From positions 1-36,290 of the forward strand of contig JYFJ02003931.1 in NCBI GenBank assembly GCA_000934665.2: a stretch of 36,290 nt of DNA, given 5' to 3'. Source of the stretch: Catajapyx aquilonaris. Its lineage: Eukaryota. Below the pieces are notes generated by a model that was not told the DNA's origin, ran no database searches, and saw nothing but the letters and a program-made list of their open reading frames with translations. The position numbers were made by a program, and so were the translations under genes. This document shows positions 23,701 through 33,404 of this stretch, piece by piece. The stretch's first letter is position 1; the number at the start of each line of letters is the position of its first letter.

Positions 23701-26700
23701 CTCATGTCTGCATGTCACATCGTGTCATTTGTGACCACCACCTTTTTTTACCCCCATCATCCTTGCGACTCGTTGCGATTACATCACACACAAGATCATG
23801 CATAGATTCGGCACTTTATCACCATCCCATTCAAGGCAAATCACCCTGATCCGCATATTGCTTTGAAGGCTGCCCCCCNATCTTATTACCCCGGCCTGTA
23901 ATCGCAGTCGCCTGCTTATTTCCGCTTTTTCCTCGACAATTGCAGCCTGACATGCAATAATATAATTGTTGAAGCCCGACGATCCCATTCATTTTCCCCA
24001 TCACCTTACCCATTTTTGGACAAATTCCTTTGAAAATCTGTCTCCTTTTCATATTCATATGAAAATATTTCACATATCAACAGTTATAATAATATTTGAA
24101 CTAATAATTATTTAATTTGAATTTTAATAGTTACAATTAATAGCTACATAATAGCTACATTAATAGTTACACTAATAGTTATAATTATTAAATACTAGGA
24201 TACTGTATATATTAGTTATTCAATACTAGGATACTGTATATATTAGTTATTCAATACTAGGATACTGTATATATTAGTTATTCAATACTAGGATACTGTA
24301 TATATTAGTTATTCAATACTAGGATACTGTATAGTTATTCGATAGTTATAGTTATTAATAGTTACCTATTAATTTATTTTGTTTACATAAGACAGTACCG
24401 TATATAATGATTGTTTAACACAAGTAGTTACATATTATATCTATGTAATAGTTACATTATATTAATAGTTATTTAATAGCTGTAGTTATTAATAGCTGCA
24501 GTTGTGTAATAGTTATAGCTATTTAACCGTAATTTGCATTAGTTATTTAGTGGCTACAGTTACTAATGGTTATATTATATTAATATGCATGACTGTTTAA
24601 TAGTTACATTATATTTATGGAATAGTTATACAATATTATGTTTGAATACTAGTTACGAAATATTATATTTGTATAATAGTTACAAAATATTATATTTGTA
24701 TAATAGTTACATAATATTATGTAACTATTATACAAACATAATATTATGTAACTATTATACAAACATAATATTATGTTTGTATAATAGTTACATAATATTA
24801 TGTTTGTATAATAGTTACCGGTACATATTACATTTGTGTAATAGTTACATAACATTCAATAGTGCAATATGGTTATTTAATAGTTACATTATATTATGTT
24901 TGTATAATAGTTACCGGTACATATTACATTTGTGTAATAGTTACATAACATTTAATAGTGCAATATGGTTATTTAATAGTTACATTATATTTTATCCGAT
25001 ATTAATAGTTATGTACTGGACAGTGGAGAGTGGACACAGTGCTTTCCCGTGCTGCGAGTGGAGCAACCTGGTGGCCTTCATTCTAGTTATATCGAGCTTG
25101 AAGCAATCATGAAGTGAAAGGGCTTAGACCCCTTCTTAGAGATAATAATACTAAGTCTGAGATTGGGGACGGGAGAAGTATAAGAGCCTTCGGTAGCTCA
25201 GTTGGTAGAGCGGTGGACTGTAGTTGGATTGAATAGCAGCAGGCATCCATAGGTCACTGGTTCAAATCCGGTCCGAAGGACTTCTTTTTTTTTAATTCCT
25301 CAAAAAATTATAGAGTTTATGGAAGTTCATAATTATGCAGGTTTGTGCGCGCTACAGTTGCAAACTATGAAGTACAGTGGGTAGAATAATTAATGGAGAT
25401 GGTCCTTGAGAAGCAATTAATTCTAGACGAGGACATTTTCATTATGAAAATGGTGGGTTGGGTTTATTGTGCACATTAGGGCCTTCAATGAGCGAAATTG
25501 CTCTGTACTATATTTATTGCATTTATTTCAATAATTGACAACCCCCCGCCATTTTGGATCCAATGGTTGACCACCCTGTATACTGGTGATGAAGCACCGC
25601 CATTTTGGATCCATTCAATCAGGATTGACTACCCTGTACTTTTCTTATGATCTGTTCCAGCAGTTTCCTTGCTCTATGACATAATAACTCAAGTCGCGTG
25701 ATTGACCTCCAAGACCTTGTTATGGCTAACAATTTCCCTTCCTTCCTTCCTTCCTTTTCTAGATTGGTTCGATTTCGTGCAGCAAAAGGCCGAAGCATGG
25801 CGTGCGATGACTTTGGACTGGCTTCTCAACTTTTCCGGACCACAATATGTGCTGTACTACGAGGATCTAGTGGCAGACGTTGCCACGGAGCTCAAAGGAG
25901 TCCTCCGGTTCTTACAGGTAACACTATATGCTTTTGAGATGTCTTCAACGAGGTCGAGGAGCCTTCGATTTTTATCTCTCTTTTTTTGGCAGCACTTCTC
26001 TTGTTATCTCAAGTTTCATCTTTGTTCGCGAGAAAGTTCTTTGACGCTGGAGAGGAATAAAGCGTGTGTTTCAGAAGAATGAGGTCGTCCCTTTGTATAC
26101 AGTTGTTCGGGATATGAAATACTTTGAATGAATCGATGTATCGATGCTACATCGCCTGCTACATTTCGTCTCCTGCGACCAAGATGACCTCGGAGGTCAA
26201 GTCCAAATGTGCTAAAACCTTCCCCGTTAAAAACTACCCCTAATGATCACCCTGAGGCATAAGTCGAGGCCTCCGTATTGATTTGCATCGGGAACAAGGG
26301 GACATATGTTGTGAAATATGTATAAGATTAAGAGTTTATTTTAAAATATGTGCAGTATATAATATTTATTATGGTTAATATGAGCGCTCACTTATTTGTT
26401 GATAGGTTCAGAAGCTCGCGAGAATCGGTCCGTGAGCGTGAACATAAGCGAGAGAGTTTCTCGCGAGCTTGCCAAAGCACCTTTTTAAACCGTTCAAGCA
26501 AAATTAATTTGATTTTTTTTAATGAGGTAAAGGTGTCTGACTGTGAGCGTGAGCGTGAAGCTAAGCGTGACAGTTTCTCGCGAACTTTCTAACGCACCTT
26601 TTAATCTTTCAAATAAAATTAATTGGTTTTATTAATTTTAATATACTTTTTCGAGAAAAAAGTCTTATGGAACGGCTCTGTCTGCCTGTCTGTCTGTGGA

Positions 26701-28353
26701 CAGGTATCAGACAGACAGAGCCGTGCTATAAGACTTTTTTCGATTTTCGGGTTCGGGTCCACTATATCCCCCCTTTCTCCCTGACCTCCCAGTCCCCCGC
26801 CCCCTCCCCCAGATCACCCCCCCCCCTCCTCCTCCTCTTACCCCATGATACATGATACCTGTCCACAGACGGACGGACGGACAGAGCCGTGCTATAAGAC
26901 TTTTTCCGATTGATGAAAAAGGTCTAACTCTAAAAGAAGGGTTTGCGAGGATATATTTTTTTAAAGGGAAATGGGCGGGGCGGTGGGGGGACAATAGCAG
27001 TAAACACGAAAAAAGTCTACTCTAATCACGCTGACGTGATTTCCCAATCTTGTTTGTCTGTCATACGAACGCGTTTGAGCGTAAGCGTGAACCTTCGCGT
27101 AAAAATAAGCTTGTGCGTGCTCCTAAGCGTGAGCGTTTCTCGCCAACTTGCCAACACACCCATTAATCTTTTTTAATTAAAATTAATTTAATTTAACTTC
27201 TGTCAGGTCAACGCGTCTAACCGTGAGCGTTTGTCGCCAACTCGTCCACACACCCATTAATCTTTTAATTAACATGTCTAAGCGGGAGCATGAGCGTGAA
27301 CNAGCCGTGCTATAAGACTTTTTTCGATTGATGAAAAAGGTCTAACTCTAAAAGAAGGGTTTGCGAGGATATATTTTTTTAAAGGGAAATGGGCGGGGCG
27401 GTGGGGGGACAATAGCAGTAAACACGAAAAAAGTCTACTCTAATCACGCTGACGTGATTTCCCAATCTTGTTTGTCATACGAACGCGTTTGAGCGTAAGC
27501 GTGAACCTTCGCGTAAAAATAAGCTTGTGCGTGCTCCTAAGCGTGAGCGTTTCTCGCCAACTTGCCAACACACCCATTAATCTTTTTTAATTAAAATTAA
27601 TTTAATTTAACTTCTGTCAGGTCAACGCGTCTAACCGTGAGCGTTTGTCGCCAACTCGTCCACACACCCATTAATCTTTTAATTAACATGTCTAAGCGGG
27701 AGCATGAGCGTGAACCTAAGCGTGAACGTATCTCGCAAGCTTTCCAACACATCTTTAAATATTTTTAATGAAATTAATGTAGGTTTTGTCAGGTGAACGT
27801 GTCTGAGAACGTCTTCAACTTCAATCTGTCATAGCGTGAGCACAAGCGTGAGCATGAGCGTAAGCGTGAGCACAAACGTGAGCTTGAGCGTAACCGTGAG
27901 CACAAGCGTGATCACAACCTAAGCGTGAGCACAAGCGTGAGCACAACCTAAGCGTGATCACAACCTAAGCGTGAGCACTAGCGTGATCACAACCTAAGCG
28001 TGAGCACTAGCGTGATCACAACCTAAGCGTGAGCACAAGCGTGAGCATAAGCGTGAACGTTTCTCGCCAACTAGCCTACACACATTTAAATTTTTTTAAA
28101 AAAAAATAAAATTGAATTTAAATTTTATCAGGTGAACGTGTCTGAGAGCGCCTTCAACTGTATGCTGCACAACAAGGAAGGCATCTACAAGCGCAAGAAG
28201 CGCAACATGACCTTTGAACCCTTCACACCACCATTGAAGCAAGTGCTGGACACTCACAAAGAAGCGGTTCACGTGGCCATCAAGAACTTCTGGAGCCGAA
28301 ATCAGACGGAAACCTTCGCAGGAACGACTCAGGATTCGCCATCGACCACTTAA
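17789..28353 (+). CDS. WSCD family member (CG9164-like) type II membrane protein with sulfotransferase domain, 5 coding exons, about 371 aa
   Basis: Exons 17789-18064, 18459-18669, 23300-23551, 25763-25917, 28132-28353; GT-AG, total 1116 nt. TM helix [23 protein letters not shown], 5'-PAPS loop [35 protein letters not shown], 3'-PAPS motif [25 protein letters not shown]. Start Met is uncertain because the exon acceptor is at 17752 and the frame is open from there; upstream exon(s) not firmly located. Confidence 0.9.
18099..18372. repeat. Intronic tandem array of palindromic TTGCCATGGCAA units (RFX X-box-like)
   Basis: Perfect GTTGCCATGGCAAC at 18119-18132 and 18291-18304, GTTATCATGGCAAC at 18329-18342, plus about 6 variants; higher-order period about 90 bp. 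Confidence 0.85.
18459..18669 (+). CDS. WSCD-family gene coding exon 2 (PAPS-binding loop)
   Basis: tttccag|ACA ... ACT G|gtaagt; encodes RWC...[22 protein letters not shown]. Confidence 0.9.
18707..18778 (+). tRNA. tRNA-Pro(TGG)
   Basis: GGCCTGT/ACAGGCC acceptor stem, CTCGC-TTTGGGT-GCGAG anticodon arm, GGTTCGAATCC T-loop, T6 terminator. Confidence 0.95.
18865..18936 (+). tRNA. tRNA-Pro(TGG), identical second copy
   Basis: 72 nt identical to 18707-18778, followed by an oligo-T terminator. Confidence 0.95.
19902..19991 (+). tRNA. tRNA-Tyr(GTA) with 17-nt intron
   Basis: Same mature sequence as the 17025-17114 copy; intron TCGGTTATAAAGCAGGC; T6 terminator. Confidence 0.95.
20122..20200 (-). 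pseudogene. 5'-truncated tRNA-Tyr(GTA) pseudogene
   Basis: Lacks the first 11 nt (5' acceptor strand). Substitutions in the D-arm (GTAAAGC), anticodon stem (ATCAAT) and acceptor stem (CGAATG). Retains the 17-nt intron TTGCTTGGAAAGCAGAC. Confidence 0.88.
21830..22885. repeat. Extremely AT-rich low-complexity / (ATTT)n-derived tract
   Basis: About 1 kb almost devoid of G/C; atttatttacattt and atttatttaa units. Confidence 0.9.
23300..23551 (+). CDS. WSCD-family gene coding exon 3
   Basis: ttatag|GT TTG ... AAA T|gtaagt; encodes LYTGSVYKD...KTHEWG...LLVRDP...[14 protein letters not shown]. Confidence 0.92.
23620..23690. repeat. Perfect hairpin, 32-bp arms, 7-nt loop
   Basis: attgaaccatggaatcggaaaacgggctatgt-tactgtt-acatagcccgttttccgattccatggttcaat. 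Confidence 0.92.
24191..24333. repeat. Perfect 31-bp tandem repeat, about 4.6 copies
   Basis: aatactaggatactgtatatattagttattc. Confidence 0.9.
24590..24990. repeat. AT-rich minisatellite (tgtataatagttacataatattatgtt, about 27 bp) with a larger duplication
   Basis: Directly visible tandem units; explains the repetitive ORF 24585..25112. Confidence 0.85.
25187..25280 (+). tRNA. tRNA-Tyr(GTA) with 21-nt intron
   Basis: Same mature sequence; intron TTGGATTGAATAGCAGCAGGC; oligo-T terminator. Confidence 0.95.
25763..25917 (+). CDS. WSCD-family gene coding exon 4
   Basis: ttttctag|AT TGG ... CAG|gtaaca; encodes WFDFV...W...W...YYEDLV...LRFLQ. Confidence 0.88.
26885..27716. repeat. Near-identical ~415-bp direct duplication split by a single N (probable assembly overlap)
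   Basis: 26885-27301 and 27303-27716 differ only by one substitution and two small indels; N at 27302. Confidence 0.85.
27833..28058. repeat. Minisatellite agcgtgagcaca (12/18 bp units)
   Basis: Tandem copies directly before the last WSCD exon. Confidence 0.85.
28132..28353 (+). CDS. WSCD-family gene last coding exon
   Basis: ttttatcag|GTG; encodes [24 protein letters not shown]...FEPFT, ending in TAA. Confidence 0.88.
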   Translation: MNVSESAFNCMLHNKEGIYKRKKRNMTFEPFTPPLKQVLDTHKEAVHVAIKNFWSRNQTETFAGTTQDSPSTT

Positions 28354-28545
28354 AACTGGGTTTTAAAAATATAAAATGGTGCGCAAGACCAATCGTTTAA
28401 AAGTGTGCCAGGACAATCATCGAAATGATGTGGACTAGCGCGTTCACACTGCAGCTTTTTAAAATAATTCAACAAAAAAAAAGCGAACAGCGCCTTCAAA
28501 CGGATGGTAGGAGAAGTATGGCTGTTTAACCAGGGAGCATATACT

Positions 28546-28874
28546 ACATAAGAGGCGCAAACTTCTGTCGGCGCCTTTGATGTCCGCGTCTCTCTGTTTG
28601 GGGCCGTTGCCAAGGCTGGCGGCCATTTTGAAGTGTGGGGAACGCCAACGAGGTATAAATAAAAAGGCAAAAATAGGGTCCGCCATCTTTGATGGTTTTG
28701 GCGGCCATGGCAACTACACGGCAAGAACATGCGCGAATCAAAGATGGCGGACCCTATTTTTGCCTGTACCCTATTTACACCTCGTTGGCGTTCCACACAC
28801 TTCAAAATGGCCGCCAGCCTTGGCAACGCCCCAAACAGAGAGACGCGGAAATCGAATGTTTGCGCCTCTTATGT
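28546..28874. mobile_element. Fold-back / MITE-like element with inverted arms of about 140 bp
   Basis: Left arm 28546-28693 and right arm 28737-28874 are reverse complements with a few mismatches and indels; 43-nt spacer; no clear target-site duplication. Confidence 0.7.
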
Positions 28875-28895
28875 GTTTAACAGCAAAAACACCGT

Positions 28896-28990
28896 ACAAT
28901 TGGCTTCCGTGACATTTGGTGGGCATTTAATCAGCAACTAAAAGGCAGCAGCCAAATGACCCGCAGCCAAATGGCACGGCAGCCAGTTGT
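28896..28990. repeat. Small inverted-repeat element
   Basis: acaattggcttccgtgacatttgg ... ccaaatggcacggcagccagttgt (24-bp arms, 3 mismatches) with internal gcagccaaatg subrepeats. Confidence 0.6.
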
Positions 28991-30625
28991 CGGGATACCG
29001 TATCTGCCAATTTTTAAAAGAAAGTGAAGGAAATTAGCATGTTTTTTTGTACCAAAAGAAGCGACTGTGTGAACGCGTCTTATAAAACGGTGGCGACCAG
29101 ATGATTTCGCGATATTGGTGCGATGTGAGACAAGAAGTGATGTACCTGAAGATTACGAGCATTTCTGTTGAGATCAGGGGTCGGATATCCAAGGGTGATC
29201 TTTACTACGAGACGAAGTGGCCGAATGCATCATGGCAAAGCCACTATAACATTCGTTGGCCACATCATGCTAGTGGACCGACCGTGCGTCGCGTAGTAAA
29301 GATCAGCCGTGTACATTGTTGCTGGTGGCTGACATTTTTTTGTGTGTGTTTCAACAATAAGGCTTCCCCCATCCATACATATTTATCACAGCCAAAAAGA
29401 ATGGTGGGTGGGTCTTAAACTGTGGCTACAACCCCGTTAAAACCCAGGTTCCAGTATTTTCTTCAAAGAAGGAGGAACCTTATACTTGACCAAAGCATAA
29501 AGACATGAACTCGCAGGCGACATATCTCAACCCAGACTTAGCTTTGTATACATTAGTGTTAAGTACAATTAATTTTTTTAAACAACCTAATTAAAATATT
29601 GGTTTTAAGGTGACCAATCAGATTCGGCTCCTGATCCTCTTTGCTCAAAGAGGATTTAAAAAAGAATAAATATATCCAAATTAAAACGTATGTCACCACT
29701 ATTCCAACTAATTTTTTCAACGGTAATGTGCCGTTATTTTTTGAGTTATTAAAAAGTTTAAATTATTTATTCATATTTACAATGACTGTTTCACCAAATT
29801 TTTTGGGCCAAATTGAGGCGTCTTCCTTTTTAAACAATTTTCTTCCCCACATTTTTCACACTATTCGCTAGATATATTTATTGCATATTTTGGGCTTCGT
29901 GATATATTTAAATAATAATTATTATATTTAAAAAAAAATTACATACACACACGTCCAACTTTCTGGAACTTTGTGGCTAATTGTGATCGCTTTTAACTCT
30001 GTGGGTTAATTCCTTGGGTGATTAATTGCTGAAAAATAAGTATAATATTATGTCTTATAATGTGCCAAAAAAAAAATTATGTAATGCTGACGCTTCCAAA
30101 CAAAATATAATAATACATACTGTACACTTTGGTAACTTATTTTGTAAATTGCAAAGTGAACATAATGTGCACAGCTTCATGTGTCATACCCCCCGTGTAA
30201 TCATGCTGGCTTCAATTGTTGTATACGTTTTTATCATTACTGTTATAACACATCGTTACATTCCAATTTTTTGTACATATTTTTTTGTCCTCAACATAAC
30301 ACGACCAACCGTTTTTAATTTTGGAGTCACGATAACTGTGATGCGACTCGACTAATATGTCGCGCAATTTTTTTTTACATTGGCTGCTACTTCTCCCCCA
30401 TTATTTTTTTTAGCATAATTATATGTAAAAAAAAAGGGTTTCTAGTCAACACATCCAACCCCCCCGATATGTTTGTAGCGCAATAAAATATTATAGACCA
30501 ACATGCGTTTTAAATTTTAATTAAATAGAAATAACCACTTTTCTTGGTCCAAAATTGGAACAGGTAATAAGAGAAATTGTTTTAAGTATATAACATAAAA
30601 TTTAGGGGGGGGAAAAAAAAAAGAG

Positions 30626-30697
30626 TTCCGGAACCGGGAATCGAACCCGGGCCTCCCGGGTGAGAGCCGGGTATCCTAACCACTAGACCATACCGGA
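30626..30697 (-). tRNA. tRNA-Glu(CTC)
   Basis: TCCGGTATGGTCTAGTGGTTAGGATACCCGGCTCTCACCCGGGAGGCCCGGGTTCGATTCCCGGTTCCGGAA; one U-U mismatch in the acceptor stem; T10 terminator. Confidence 0.93.
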
Positions 30698-31093
30698 CTT
30701 GCTTAGAAACATTTGTTCAAATGAAGCCTTTATATGTCGGAATGCAGCAAATTTTAAAATTAAATTGTTCTAAATATGGCAAAAATAAGATATGATAACA
30801 TACTGGGTTTTGGATAGGTCATGCTAGAAGAAGAAAAAAAGTTTTAGTAGTGGTGTTCACGAGATTTATTCCGAAAACTCGTTACACCTGACCAAGTACA
30901 TATTGAACGTCAATGGGAGAGAAACTAGTAACTGCGAACAATATGTACGCTAAATTCCTCTACAATGAACCATGTGAAAAAATACGTTACGAACTCATAT
31001 TGTCTTAATGCTTACAAAAATCATATGCCTTTTGTTTACAAAACGAATGAAAGAAAAACTGGAATGAGCCGCGATTGAGACGAGTAACGCAGT

Positions 31094-33404
31094 TTACACC
31101 ACGGCAAGCTTCTTGATTTCAGCAAGCAGTTTCTTATTGTACTCCTTTGGGTTCACTTCCGAGACTTCCATGACACTTGTCTTCTGACGCTGCTCATCCT
31201 GTGGCGAGAAAATGAAATTAAAACGTTAGCCCAACAGAAACACATTAATGTTTTCTCATGCGGCTGAGCAGTCAATGTGACTGATTTTATGTGTATAAAG
31301 TATGCTTCTATTCCAATCACACAAGTAAATTCTAATCGCAACGAACTCACATTGAAGCTTTCCTTCTTGACTCGCAATCGGAACATCATCGGTTTGAACA
31401 GAGGCTCGTTAAGTATGGCCTGAAACTTATCCGGATCGTTTGTCTGCATCTCTCCCAGCTCTTCACTCTTATTACCCAGAATAAGCTCCGCTGAATCCTG
31501 GAAGCAGCTCACCCACACGTTGTCCGTAAGATCAGCAATGTTCATCTTCAAACAATAAAAATTTATTATTAGCGTCACTACTACTTGACCAAACTGGGCA
31601 CAACATTATTTTACCTGAAGCATTAGCCTCCATTTGAAATTGTGGTATTCACAGTTGCATTTCTCGCAGCGGTACATGCCATTGTTCTGGTCAATAACCT
31701 GCAGATATCAAAAGCAATTGTGTCAATATTTCGCTTCAAATATGTTTATTAAAAATGATAACGGGTTAAAAACCTTTTTGTTGCAGTTCGTTCCAGGGCA
31801 GGCTTGATACAAGGCGTTTTCCTTCTTGATTAGCGTAATGCAGGCTTTGGAAGAAAAGTAGTCGGGCCTCTCAGTATTGCCCATGTCCTGACTCTTCACC
31901 TCGCAGAAGTACCTGATGTTGTTATTCGAGTCTGGAAGTCATGTCGGATGAAGATATTACCAAACACATTGCCACAATTGAGATGCAGATATAAATTTAG
32001 CAAAACTGACCTCCAGCACCGCCTGCAAACTTAACAGAGGAGATGCTCTCTGATTCCATATGGACTCCTTCGTTGTCAAACCAGCCTCTGAGGACATGGC
32101 TCTCCCTGATGTCTGGGTTGATCTGCAGGATGGAATTGAACACGGTTGACAGCGAAGCGCCGCCGAAGTCTGACAGCTTTGCTCCCTTCACAGCAACAAC
32201 TGGACGCGAGCTGCCATCAAACTTCTCAGCATCATCGCCCCAGAGGGTCAGGGTCACTTCCGTGTTGGACGAGTCCACCAGGTGAAGGTCACGTTTCTTT
32301 AGCTCACGCTGTGTGGTGCGGGACGTCAGGTTCTGGACGTCCCCGGCACTCTTGCACACACCAATCACATCTGGCAAGTGGACAAGCCGACATATTAAAC
32401 AACTCATCAGTAACATGTGGCTGAAGATAAGAGCCAAACAACTGACCCAAAATGGTGTCCTTAGACATATCCTTGAGTTGTTGGATGGCGACAAAGTTGA
32501 AGGTGATGGTCGGAATTTGGGTGTCATCCTCATCGCATGGAATCACCTGAGTTTCATTGTTAAAAGTCAGCTCATACTCGTGCTTCACGCTTGTAAATTG
32601 CTTGTTCGCCGTCTTCATGCTGCACTTGGAGATGAAGTACACTTTGTTCATCTGCAATGAGGCAGCATTTTAAAATCTGGACACCTCACAAGAACATTTC
32701 TGTGCACTTAGAAAAGCACGGCACACTCGCCTCAATCTGATCGTAGAAGTCGTCAACCTGCTTGTTGAATGCGGTTGCCCTGATATCCCCACTCTGATCC
32801 ACAAGCTCCATCGAGAAGAGCTGTCCCTCGCCCCTCTGGTTGTGGTATTTGCGGATGCTGCTCTTGTTCATCACTCGTGCCTTTATTGTCCACCTTCCAA
32901 AGGACACGATATTATAGCAACCCCTGAACTCAAATTATTCCCTTCGAACCAATCGGCGAATCAATTGGGTATGGTAAAGGATTTTTTATGTTCGTTTATG
33001 GTCGGGTGAAAATGGCAAAGACAGGCTTCTATCAGAGGCGCAGTGCCTAATGTATGCAACTACGTACATACAACTTTCCTCTAACAAGCATTTTTAAATA
33101 AAAATTAGTTTAAGTCTGTGCATTGCATAATCTGCCTCCTGTTAACAAGATCCGGAATTTGAATCAATTAAACTGCATTTAGTAACATTATCCATTGACA
33201 CACACAAGCCATTGCTGGTCAATTGTGCCGTCATGTTGTACTGGTGTTTCTTCGTTAACCCGAATTACTTTCCATACCTGTTCTGATAAGGCGACAGGCT
33301 GGAGATTGGATGAGTCTGCGAGGCTGCATCATTGTTGGCATAGTTCGAGGAACTCGATCCTCCTCCGTACGGTCTGGTGTTTGAAGGACCCGACTTGAAC
33401 AATC
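31094..33404 (-). CDS. RPA1: Replication protein A 70 kDa DNA-binding subunit, 5'-partial (linker plus DBD-A, B, C; about 465 aa visible)
   Basis: Exons 33404-33278, 32893-32731, 32651-32447, 32370-32011, 31931-31774, 31698-31615, 31545-31351, 31198-31094; phases consistent. Motifs: [69 protein letters not shown] zinc finger, [10 protein letters not shown]. The N-terminal OB-F exons lie beyond the window; a strong donor CAG|GTAAGT is at 36285/36284. Confidence 0.95.

Noticed and set aside
24191..24333. 31-bp perfect repeats, and the 30-45 bp repeats at 10465-10662, as CRISPR arrays
   Set aside because: No unique spacers, no cas genes, eukaryotic context.
24585..25112. 175-aa ORF and similar ORFs at 22002-22273, 14555-14827 and 18000-18378
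   Set aside because: They are translations of minisatellite or low-complexity DNA with no domain or splice support.
26885..27716. ~415-bp near-identical tandem duplication as a real segmental duplication
   Set aside because: Copies abut at a single N (27302) and differ by only three small changes, typical of unmerged contig or haplotype overlap; needs long reads.
1105..30697. Functional link between the tRNA methyltransferase gene and the nearby tRNA cluster
   Set aside because: Eukaryotic gene neighbourhood rarely implies function; tRNA genes are dispersed and 14 kb or more away.
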